A stretch of 64,000 nt of DNA, from the NCBI GenBank assembly GCA_965240325.2, contig OZ251223.1, positions 682,001-746,000 of the forward strand. Reading direction: 5' to 3'. A program made the translations under genes and the position numbers. This document shows positions 38,612-49,228 of the stretch, one piece after another; the stretch's first letter is position 1, and each line of letters starts with the position of its first letter. The notes below the pieces were generated by a model, which was given only the letters and a program-made list of their open reading frames with translations, was not told the DNA's origin and searched no databases. The stretch is from Rebecca billardiae RCC1528. Lineage: Eukaryota; Protista; Haptophyta.

Positions 38612-40174
38612 ATGGCGCCTGCCCGCCCTCGGGCCGTGCCGGGCAACGCGACCGATGCGGAGAAGGGCATGCGTGCGCCTGATGGGGCCAACGCCTCCGC
38701 CGCTTCCGGCCTCGAGCTCTCCGTAGCGAATCAAACGGGTGATCGCCGTCCGGCGCGCCCGAGCCCGGAGAAGGAAAGGGAACTGCGGCGGCAGTCCCTC
38801 CGGGCACACCTCGAGTTCATGCCGCTGCGCTGGGCTCTCAACGAGCAGCAGGAGGGGACCAGCGGGCTGCAGAGTCCGAGCCTCGCTTCGGCGACGACGA
38901 ATGGCTCCTCGTTCCCGCCAGCGCGTGTCAGCCCCATGCGGGACGAGCGCCTGCTGCTCGCGACCACGACGCTCTGGACGATTGCGGAGCCAATGTATGC
39001 GGCAGCTGCGTGCGTCGCGCTCCTGCTGCTGCTGCTCGTGCGGCGTGGGCGGGTGCGACGCTTTGCTGGCGCTGCGGTGGAGCTGCTAGACCTGCGAGAG
39101 GGCGGACTGCGCGCAGACGCGGGGCTCGCGCCGAGCACACCACGAAAGCCCGGGCTGATGTCACGCTGGTACCGTCGCGGTCTGCTCACTCTCGGCCGCT
39201 GGCCGCGACTCGAGCGGTGGACGGGGCGCGAGGCCAAGCGCAAGCCCTCCATGGACGCGTCGCCTCTGGCGGGCACCGAAGCCGCGGGCGTGGGTGACTC
39301 GAGCGGCAGCGCTGCGGGTGCGCACCGCGACTCGTCCGGCACCCCGCGCCGGCCGCCGCCAATGGCCGCCCTCGAGGAGTGGTGCCCGGCGCTGCTCGGC
39401 TCGACGTCCGACCCGCCCTCGATCGCAACGGCCGAGCAGCGCATGGTGCTGGCCAAAGCCCTGCCAGCGCGCTTCGGCATCCTGGACTGGTCGCTCATCT
39501 ACTCGACGGATCAGCACGGTTGCAGCATGCGGACGATGCTCTCTCGCGCGGTGAGCGCGCTTGCCCACACGCAATGGCCAGTGTCCGGAGCGCTGACTCC
39601 TCGTCGCTTCGCATCTCACGCTGCGCAGCGTTAGACGCTGCGCATCTAACAAACTCAACACCCCCGCCCGACGCGCGCACGCACGTGCGGCACCCCGCAG
39701 GAGCGGCGTGGACCGAGCCTCCTGCTCGTGCTGGACTCCGGCGGTGCGCTCTTTGGCGCGTTCAACTCGCAGCCCTGGCGCAAGAGCGCGCACGGCTACT
39801 TCGGCACGGGCGAGAGCTTCCTTGTGCAGGTGTGTGTGAGTGTGTGCGCGCAGCCGGCGCCGGCGGTGGCAGCGCAACCGGTGGCGCGCGTGCGCTCGCG
39901 CCCGTCGGCGCGCTGCTCACACGCCGCTGCGAGCGCGCGCACCGCGCAGGTACACCCGCGCTTCCAGGTGTTCAGGTGGTCGCGCCGAAACTCCCTCTTC
40001 GCCCTCGTCGGCGCCGACTTCATCGCGATGGGCGGTGGCGGCGGATTCGGCCTGTGGCTCGACGCCTCGTTTGAGCAGGGCTCGTCGTCCGCGTGCGACA
40101 CGTTCGACAACCCGCCGCTTGCATCGTCGCGCGAGTTCCGCTGCGTGAAGGCGGAGCTGTGGGGCTTTATGTGA
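38612..40174 (+). CDS. TLDc-domain (OXR1/NCOA7-like) protein with one TM segment, 3 exons
   Basis: LPARF..LDWSLIYSTDQHGCSMRTM; YFGTGESFL; MGGGGGFGLWLD...GSS..CDTFDNPPL...ELWGF. Introns 39551-39700 and 39830-39949. Confidence 0.88.
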
Positions 40175-40837
40175 TGTGAGGGCGGTGCCCGCCGCTCCGC
40201 CTCCGGCCACCGCCGTCCGCCGGTCGGACCATGGAAGCAGAATAAGCCAGCGCCGCTGAATCGCAGTGCGCACGCGATGATTGACAGTACGTCGTCCGAA
40301 TGACGGAATGTCCGCCATCATCCATGCCTGCATGACTAGTATGTCTAGTCACTCTAGTCTGAGGTCGACGAGTGAGGAGCGCCGCGGCAGGGCCGCCGGG
40401 CCGCCCGGCCCGCGGGCCAGCCGCTGCCACTCTGCCAAGTGCGGAGTGCCAGGCGCCCGCCGCCCCGCCAGGGCGGAGGGCCCAGGGCCCCAGCCCCGCC
40501 CCCAGGCCAGCCGCGCGGCGGCCCGGGCCCGGCGGGCCGGCGGCTGCCGCGCGCCCGCGCTTTTACCATCACTACGATCCGGATCGGTCCCAGCAGTGGG
40601 TGCGGCCGAGCCCGAGTGACCGCTGAGATCGAAGGCTTGAGCTAGGATTCGCGCTCGGGAGTCCAACAGGCAATAGCCGTTTGTAGTCGATGGCTAAGCA
40701 GCCCGCTATTCCGTATTCGCTAAGCAGTAAACCGTTAACCGACTTGACCCGGTCGCGCCGCCAGCGCCGCCTTGTCAACTTCGCTCAGCTGCTCTGCGTG
40801 CAGGTGCTCGCTCCTCGGCCTGTGGAGAGACCGATCA

Positions 40838-41911
40838 TCAGAGCATGCTCACCCCGCCAGCCTCAGTCGCGTGCTCGGATGAGCTCTGCCCGATGGTTCG
40901 GCGCCGCGCTGCGAGGAGTCCGAGGACGGCGAGTGCCAGCACACCCACGGCAGCCAGCGCAAGGGCAGCTGTTCGAGCGGCGCCACGGCCCCACCTGCGC
41001 GGGGCCGCATCCCGTGGCGTGGATTCTGCTCGAGCATGCATGCGGTCATGCGGGCGCCGATGAGCGCTCCGCCAGCCTTCCCGCACAGCGCCCGAGCCCG
41101 TGAGCGCGCTGTCGTAGAGCGGTGTCACAGATGGCGCGCTCGCAGGCCGCGCCGGCCGGTTCGAGCTGGCTGGCGTCAACGCGGCCGAGTGCACAAAGTA
41201 GCGCTGCCAGGCGGCGGAGGCGAGGTGCTGCGGCGCGGGGGGAGACGGCGGCGGGCTGGAGGCGATCCGAGTCGCGACGTACGGCGAGTCCCGCCTGCTG
41301 CTGAGCACGGAGACGTCTTGGAAGCGGCCCTCCGACAGCTGGTCTGAGTCTGGCAGGAAAGCTGACCACTTCTGCGCCGGTCGCTGGGGATGGCGGCGCC
41401 AGCCGCCCCGGGCGGTCAGCTCGGGCGGCGGCGGTGGCGGCGGGATCGGCGGCGGCGGAGGCGACGGGGAAGGAGAGCGTGGGGTCGACGTGGATGTCGA
41501 GCGCTTGGAGTGCGAGTCTGCTTGTGCTTGTCGCTCGGCATCCTTGCGAGCGCGGCGCTGCTCGCGGCGCCAGCTCCTTCCCTTGTGCTCCTCCTCGTGC
41601 GTATCGCGCGGCTCCGCGTGGGATGGGCTCGGCGCAGCCACTGCGACATGGCCCCGAGCGTCGTCCCCGTCGGGCAGGCCGCGAGCGATGTCGCGGAAGC
41701 GCTCCCCGTCAGCACACCTGCCGTGGCGCGGATGGCATGGGCAGGGCGGGAGGCTGCTGCCGCTGCCGTCCGTCTGCTGAGACGAGTACGTGCAGTTGAT
41801 GCGCTCAGGCTCGCGCGCGCGCGCGCGCCAGCCGACGAGGCCGATGCAGGCGGCGAGCGCCACCACCGCAGCGACGGCGGCGAGCGCCGGTCGGCGGTGC
41901 GCCACGCGCAT
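40838..41911 (-). CDS. Hypothetical Pro-rich protein with N- and C-terminal hydrophobic segments
   Basis: ORF with ALAAVAAVVALAACIGLVGW, SPSPPPPP runs and AALALAAVGVLALAVLGLLAA; start uncertain. Confidence 0.45.
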   Translation of the reverse strand: MRVAHRRPALAAVAAVVALAACIGLVGWRARAREPERINCTYSSQQTDGSGSSLPPCPCHPRHGRCADGERFRDIARGLPDGDDARGHVAVAAPSPSHAEPRDTHEEEHKGRSWRREQRRARKDAERQAQADSHSKRSTSTSTPRSPSPSPPPPPIPPPPPPPELTARGGWRRHPQRPAQKWSAFLPDSDQLSEGRFQDVSVLSSRRDSPYVATRIASSPPPSPPAPQHLASAAWQRYFVHSAALTPASSNRPARPASAPSVTPLYDSALTGSGAVREGWRSAHRRPHDRMHARAESTPRDAAPRRWGRGAARTAALALAAVGVLALAVLGLLAARRRTIGQSSSEHATEAGGVSML

Positions 41912-42841
41912 GAGCACCGAGTCGTCCTGCAAACGGCAAGCGCCGCTTTGGGATGCTCAAATCGGCGAAGCTCGGCGTCGCAAAGCTCATCCGGACTTCA
42001 GGGGCGTTGCGCCAGCTGGACAACGCCGTCCGGTCTTTTCAGATCTGCGCTTTTCAAAACGAAATGTTTCGCGCTTTGTCCAACCAAAGGAATCCTTTGG
42101 TCCAACGGCAAAGCGCGGCCGGCGGATGGCGAGCGGCGTCGCCGCCGCATGGGTGGGCGATCGCCGTTGCCGCAGAAGACGTGCGTCGGAAGCAAGGAAG
42201 CGGGCAGATGGCGCGTCGCACGCGTCGTGGAAGTCGGTCGCGACACTCGCCAGCCTCAGCGCCCGCGGCGAAGCCTCGTCCATGGGCGCCCTGCGTGCCG
42301 AGGCGGCACGGCCACGCCGCTAATCGGCCACGGCGACCGGCCTCGCACGCGTCTTTGCGGCGCGAAAGGGCATCCCAGCTGCGGTCATTCGACTTGTGCG
42401 CCGGGAGACGTGTGCCAGCTAGCCAACGCGCACGCGCTGCGAGCTGCAAGGCGTGTGCAAACGTCGCCCGCCGCACCGGCCGAGCGTGCGCCGAGAGCGG
42501 CACAGTGGGAGAGGTCCCCGATCCGAAGGCTGCGGCTCTCGTCGGGGGCCCTCCAGCAGTCCAGCTTCGTGTTTCCACGAAGATCGGACCCGAGCCGGTT
42601 TGTCCAGCTGGCGCAACGCTCCGCAACTTTCAACTTGGCCGGGCCGGGGCAGGTCCGAACAGCAAACAGCGCGCAGATTCACACTCTCACAGACGTCAGT
42701 CACAGCGGGAGTCGTGCCACCCGTTCCACGGGGTGTTGTTCCGCAGTTCCGCCTCCAGGCGCCCCGCACCCGGCTCGTGGCGGCAGGATGGCGATCAAGT
42801 GGCGCGTGGCCGACGTGCGGCCCGAGATATACGTGACTTGG

Positions 42842-43823
42842 GCGCCGCGCGCCGCGCTGGCGGGGCGGCCGGGACCCATGCGCGCCTTCGAACTCCCGGC
42901 GCCCGCGTGCTCATCGGCTTCCTCCGCCTGCGAGTAGCCCACGACCGCGCCCGCCGCGCTCTTTGAGTGGGTTGACCGCGCCCGAGCCTGCTCGCCGCCG
43001 AGCGCAGGGATGAGTTGAGCACGGCGCGAGGCGGCGATGGCGGTCGGGCGATCGCATGAGCCCATTTGGGCCCCATCTGCCACGGCGCGACCGCTTCAGC
43101 ATGCGTATGTGACCCCACATGTCATGGTTGTCTCATGTCGGGTAGCAGGTGAGCACTGTCGGCCAGCATGTCCGCGCGCGCGCGCGCGCTCGCGCAAGGC
43201 TATACGGGTCGGATGCCGCTCCGTGGCGTCTCGTGATGTCTGCACTACGCAAACTGGCTGGCACGATTGGTCCGCATCTGTAGTTATGCGACGCCTGCCG
43301 TGTTCGCGACGAGAACTCAAGCAAGTTCTTCTGGCGACCAGAGTTGCCGTCAGCATTGACGCACGTTGCGAGCTGGCAGAGCAGTGAAGGTCATGCCCTT
43401 GCTGGCCCACGCTGGGCAATACACGGTAATCAGCATGTCCTGATGCCAACTGTGATGTGTTTCCGACCCGTCTGGCCCTGCACAGGCGCGGCGCGCGCGG
43501 ACACGCTGGCCGACAGTGCTCGCCCGCTACCCGACATCCATGACAAGTGGGGTCACATACGCATTCTGAAGCGGTCGCGCCGTGGCAGATGGGGCCCAAA
43601 TGGGCTCATGCGATCGCCCGACCGCGATCGCCGCCTCGCGCCGTGCTCAACTCATCCCTGCGCTCGGCGGCGAGCAGGCTCGGGCGCGGTCAACCCACTC
43701 AAAGAGCGCGGCGGGCGCGGTCGTGGGCTACTCGCAGGCGGAGGAAGCCGATGAGCACGCGGGCGCCGGGGGTTCGAAGGCGCGCGTGGGTCCCGGCCAC
43801 CCCGCCAGCGCGGCGCGCGGCGC
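42842..43823. repeat. Foldback inverted repeat (arms about 335 bp, spacer about 310 bp)
   Basis: 42842-43181 matches the reverse complement of 43491-43823 with a few substitutions and one 7-bp indel; no TSD seen. Confidence 0.85.
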
Positions 43824-43938
43824 AAACAGCAACTCCTCGACAGCAGAGCGCGTGGATCGCCGCGACGTCGACGTCGCCCGCCCGCCCCCGCCGCCCCCTC
43901 TCATTTCTCAACGGCCGCGGCCCCGCGTGCGCCCACTG

Positions 43939-43987
43939 TGGTCCGGGAGCTCATAGGTCGTGTCACGACCTATGAGCTCCCGGACCA
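43939..43987. repeat. Perfect 24-bp palindrome with a 1-nt spacer
   Basis: TGGTCCGGGAGCTCATAGGTCGTG-T-CACGACCTATGAGCTCCCGGACCA. Confidence 0.95.
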
Positions 43988-44070
43988 TGTCCGAACTAAT
44001 CGCCTTTCTGGAACGGGTGGCACTCAGTCTCAGTCTCAGTCACTGACATGCACGATTATTCGCCAAAGTA

Positions 44071-44664
44071 CAGGTGGATACGGGTGATCTGGACAGTGGC
44101 CGACCCAACTCACGCGGAGGCCTCCCTGGGAGCATTGGGGTCGAAGGGGCGCCAGGGACGGACTTCAGGGGGTCCCTGGAGTTCCGCCGCAGCGCGCTTT
44201 CTGCGCTGCGGGCCCGTCTCCGCGCGTGGCGGCCGCAATGGCACTGTCCAATTAGCCCCTGGCACTGGCTGAGGCATGGGAATCGAGCTCAGAGACGCGC
44301 GCGCGGAGGAAAAGCGTGTGCAGCGGCTCGGACGGTTGCTCTGGGACCTACCCACGCCAGCGCAACCGCGCCTTGCCTCGGAGTCCGCCCTTCCTGAGTC
44401 GGCGCACGCGCCTTGCGGCTTGAAACGCTGGCGTTCGCCCTTGTGCGCGGGACTCACGAAACAAGGCGAAGGCGGCGAGAAGCGCGACCTGGCGCGTGCG
44501 CAGACGACGTCTCACGACCAGGTGAGTTCAGCGAACATCGTGCGCCGTCGTGGCGACCCGCCAGTGGGCGCTCGTGCTCGTTCGCCCACGAGCCCTCGCC
44601 ACGAGGCCCGCCGCCCGCTGAGTGTCCAGATAGCCCCTGTGTCCAGTTAGCCCGTATCCACCTG
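44071..44664. mobile_element. Tc1/mariner-type MITE
   Basis: TA|CAGGTGGATACGGG....CTGGACA and TGTCCAG....CCCGTATCCACCTG|TA; TA target duplication. Confidence 0.85.
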
Positions 44665-44944
44665 TACTGTCTCGTAACACTCGGTCTAATGACAGTGTAA
44701 CTGTAAGCCGGCCCGCCCGCCAGGGCCGGGCGCGTCCACCGTGCCAGGCCACTATGACTATGGTTAGTACGACTCGACATCGATCTGTAGTCGTCATCAG
44801 TCGGCCAGTCGCGGCCGGTCATTTACTCATTTTCCGGTGCAACCTGTCCGCCATCATCGTGCGTACATCATGCTGCCGTGCACCACCGCGGCCTGCCGCC
44901 GCCAGCCGAGGTGCCGTGCTCGGCGCCCGCGCCGCCGCCGAGAA

Positions 44945-47900
44945 TCAGCTGCTGCTCGTGAGGTAGATCTGCACGACCTTCTCCGTCGAAAACCCGCGCA
45001 TGCACGTCGGGCACTTTCGGTCGCGCAAGTCGAGCCGCTTGGTGATGCACTGGCGGCAGAAGGTGTGGCCGCACGAGGTGATCGCGACCTCCTTGGCGCC
45101 GCGCGGGCACAGCGGGCACTTGAGCTTGGAGCGCAGCAGCTGGATCTCCTCCTGCAGCATGCTCTCGCCGTCACCGCCCGCGACCCTCTCCTGAAGCTGC
45201 GCGGCGCGGCGGCGGCGCGGCGGCGGCGGCGGCGCAGCGGCGGCGGTGGCGGTGGCGCGGGCACAGCGCAGCCGGGGTGTGTGCGTCGGGTGTGAGGGCT
45301 GGGGGCACGTGCGCGCGTGGCCCGCGGCGCGGGTGTGCACCACGCACCCGCTGCAGCTTGCGCGTCATGTCCGCCAGCTCGTCCGAGGCGCGCTCGCCCT
45401 TCTCGCGCCAGTCGGCCGCTTCGCTCTCCGCGCGCTCGAGCTGCTGCGCCGCGCGCTCGCACGCCTGGCGCGGGCCGCGCGCCGCGCCGCGCGCGGGCGG
45501 TGCCGGGGTGGGCGTGGCGCGCAGGGTTGGGCGTGTGCGCGCAGAGCGGGGCCCGGACGCGGCAGGCGCCGAGCGCGCGCGCGCCGCGCGCACCGCCGAC
45601 TTCTCCTCCGCGGCGGCGAGCCTGGCGGCGCTCGTGCGCTGCGCCTCGGCCGTCTCGCGCCGCCACCGCTCGAGCTGTGAGCCGAGCGCCCTCAGCTCCT
45701 CGGTGCGCTTCGACTGCGGGCGGGGCGGCGCGCGGGGGGCGGCGTGAGGAGCGGCGCGGCGGCGCGGCGGCGCGGCGGCGCGGCGGCGCGGCGGCGCGGC
45801 GGCGCGCGCACCAGCTCAGCGGACAGCCGCGCGCAGTGCGCCTCCGCGCTCGCCTGCGCCTCGCGCAGCGCCTCGCACACGCGCTGCGTTGCGCGGCGAT
45901 GCGCGGCGCGGCGGGCGCGGCGGGCGGCGGGCGCGGCGGGCGGCGGGCGCGGCGGGCGCGGCGCGGTGTGTGGCGCGCGTGAGGCGTGCGCGCGCGCACA
46001 CATGCGCGCGCAGGCGCGTGCGCACGCACGCGCACGCGCACGCGCACGCGCACGCGCGCGCGCGCACGTCCGTCGCGGCGAGCTTCTCCGAGAGCGCGGC
46101 GCGCTCCTCCTTGGCCTGCCGCTCGCACGCCTCAGCGCGCGCCCTCCCCTCGACCAGCTTGGCGCACAGCCCGTCCTTGGCCTCGCGCTGGCTCGTCAGG
46201 TTCGAGATCTGCTCCTGGCCCTCCTCGTAGTGACGGGAGATGAGCTCAACCTCGGCGAGCAGCTCCGAGTGCTCGGCCCGCGCGGCGGCGAGCTCCGCCG
46301 CCAGCCGCGCGCGCTCGCCCTCCGCCGCGGCGAGCTTCGCCACCAGCGCCTCGGCGCCCGCGTCGTCGGCGTCGGCATCGGCATCGGCGTCGGCGTCGGC
46401 GCCGGCGCCGGCGCCGGCGCCGGCCGCATCAGTATCCGCGCTCGGCGGCGCGACGCCGCCGTCCCCGACTGCGTCACCCGCGGCGGCCGGCGGCGCGGCG
46501 GCGGCGCCACCGCCTCCGCCGCGCCGTGCGCGCGCCAGCCGCGCCCTGAGCGCCGCCTCCGCCGCGGCCGCGCTCTGCGCGGCCGCGACGAGCGCGTCGC
46601 GCCCCTCCCGGAGTTTCGTCAACTCCTCCTTGGCGCGCGCGGCCTCGGCCTGCGCTCTCTCGAGCAGTTGGCGCGCGTCGGCGACCGCGGCCTCGGCGCC
46701 GTCGATGCGCGCCTGCGCGGCCTCCCTCGCGACGCGCTGCTCCGCCGCCTCGGCGCGCGCCGCCTCGAGCTCGCGCGCCCGCGCCACCGTCGCAGCGCGC
46801 ACCTCCGCTCGATGCGTCTCGCCGGCCTTGGCGATCGCCTCGCGCGCGCTCGCCGCGAGCTCGCGCTCGGCGCGCGCCTCGGCCGCGTCCTTCTCGGCGC
46901 GCGACACGATGTTGGCGTGCGCGGTGGCGAGCGCCTCGAGCTCGGCGCGCAGCGCGGCGTACTCTGCGGAGGCGCGCACCGCCGCCGAGGTCGGCGCGCG
47001 CGCCTCCGCGTGCGCGCGCTCCGCCGCCGCCTTTGCGACGCCGAGCTCGCGCCTCAACTGGTGCGCTTCGGCTGTCCGCGCGTCGGCGCGCACCTTGGCG
47101 GCGGCTGCGTCGTCCGCCGCGTCCGCCGCCGCGGCGAGCGCGTCGGCCGCGGCGCCGCCCGCGCCGCCGTTCGGCGCGCCGTTCTGCGCGCCGCCCGCGC
47201 CGCCCTCCGCGCCGCCGCCGCCGCCGCCGCCGCCGCCGTCCGCCGCCGCAGCCTTGGCCGATTTCAACTGCTCTGTCAGCTGCTCGCACCGCGCCGCCTG
47301 CTTGGCGGCGTCGCGCTGCGCGGTGCGCGCGGTGGCCTGCGCGCGCTCCGCGGTGCTGCGCGCCGCGGACGCCGCCTCCTCGCTCTGCGCGAGCGCCGCC
47401 CGCGCCGCGTCGAGCGCGGCGGTGAGCGCGCGCCGCTGCGTCTGCAACTCGGACGCCACTTCGGCGTCGCGCGGCAGCGCGGCGGCGGCGCCGTCGGCGC
47501 CGCCACCCTCCGCCGCCGGGCTCGCGGCCGCGACGGCGGCCGCGACGCGCTGCAGCAGGGCCTGGTGCTCGGCGGCGCGCGTGCGCAGCGCGAGCTCCAG
47601 CTCGGGCGGCGCGCCGTTCGCCTCGGCGCCCGGCTCAGCCTTCACCGCCGCCTCGGCCGCGCCCTCCTCGGCCTCGCCGCCCGCCTCCTCCGCTTTCACC
47701 GCGCCGCCGCCGCCAGTGCCGTTGCCCTTGCCGTCGGCGGCGGGCAGCCACGGCTGCGCGATCATGTCGACGACGGTGCCGAGCGGCGCGAGTCGAGCGC
47801 CGCCCTCCAGCACGCCCGCGCGCGCAGGCAGCTCGGCGAGCGCCGCCGCGCCGCCGCCGAGCCGCGCCCAGAGCACAGCGAGCATCTCGTGGCATTGTCG

Positions 47901-48299
47901 CCAGTGCGAGTCGATCGCGCCGAGCGCGGCGGCCGTGGCGGCGCGGCGGTGCTCGGCGTCGGCGAGCGCGCTCGCGAGCTCCTCCTTCTCCTGCTTGAGC
48001 TGCGCCGTCTTGAGCGAGAGCATCTGGTTCTGCTTCTTCAGCACGGTCGCGTCAAGAGTCTGCGAGTGCGTGCCGCCTGCACTGCCGGACGACGGGAGCC
48101 GCGCCGGGTGCTGCGGCTGCGGCGTGGGTGGCTGCGGGGTGGACGGCTCGGCGGCGGTGACAGCGCCGGCGTCCTTGACCAGGTGCTTCTTCGGAAGCGG
48201 CAGCGAGGCCGCCGCCTGCTGCTCCATCACGTACAGCTTGCGCTTGTCGCCCATCTTTGCGCGCGGCGCCTCCGCGTCGCCACCCGGTGGCGCCGACAT
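44945..48299 (-). CDS. BRE1: BRE1/HUB1-like RING E3 ligase (H2B monoubiquitination), 5 exons
   Basis: N-terminal LDATVLKKQNQML; long coiled coil; C-terminal KLKCPLC...CGHTFCRQCITKRLDLRDRKCPTC...IYL. Introns 45197-45347, 45465-45593, 45714-45811, 45884-46067. Start 48299 or 48254. Confidence 0.85.
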
Positions 48300-49228
48300 G
48301 CGCCGGCGTCCTGGGCCACGCGGGCTGGGGGCGGGCGCGCGCGTTTGTGCGTGTCAGCGGGCCGTGCTCCGTCGGCGAGGCGGACGCTGCGCGCGCACAC
48401 GCGGCGCGCACCCGCGGGTGGGTCGAGCGGGGTGATGCTTGCAGCTGGCCTCGGAAGCGTGGCGGCGCTACTTTCACTTGCGATGGGGGCGCCCGGCCGC
48501 CCTTTGCGCGTGCGTCAGCCAGTGGATCCGGGCGCCGCGTGAGAGAGTCAACGTGGTCAGTCACTCTTCTATTCCTTTGGTCAGGCAATACCTGACGGAT
48601 CCAGAGCTACGGATCGTCTCCCTCAGATTGACTGATTGATGCGCGGTCGATATCAATAATGATGATCAGCGGCGCCGTGCGTCGCCAGTGGGCAGTGGCA
48701 GTGAGCAGACGGTCGGCGGTCTGGCATACAGTAGCCCGTGGACTTGGCCACCGCGATCCGAGAAGCTACCTAGTTGACCACCGGTGGCGGTACCGCCACA
48801 GAATCTTCGGAACGGGTTGCGGCCGTTGCATAGTATCGTCTCACATGATACACTGTGACGTGCTGAGGCGCGGTCCGAGACTTTGGGCGGTTTGGCTCAC
48901 GAATGTAACGCCGCGACGGGCGAGCGGCGAGCCCGCGGCCGGCAGCCGGGTGGACCGTCGATCCGACGAGGAGTCGCGGCCGCCGGGCCAGTCTCCCGAC
49001 GGGGCTGCCACGTGGTGACGGCACGCCGGGCCGCCGCCTGTCAGTCAGCAGTGCCTCCGGCCTGCAACCCACCGGCTGCAGACCGCGCCGCCGCCTCGCA
49101 CCGCTGAGCGCACGGCGGCCGCGCGCCGCGCGCGAGCGGGCGGCAGGGCCGGTGGTGTGCTCGCCGTTGCGGGCTTGCTGGGCTTGGGCGCGTCGCCCCG
49201 CGCGCGGCGCGGCCGCGGCGACGCGCGC

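Noticed and set aside
45744-48542. Long plus-strand ORFs (932 aa, 731 aa) and similar antisense ORFs over TPC, the histidine kinase and GH31
   Set aside because: Shadow ORFs caused by extreme GC content opposite real genes; no domain signal.
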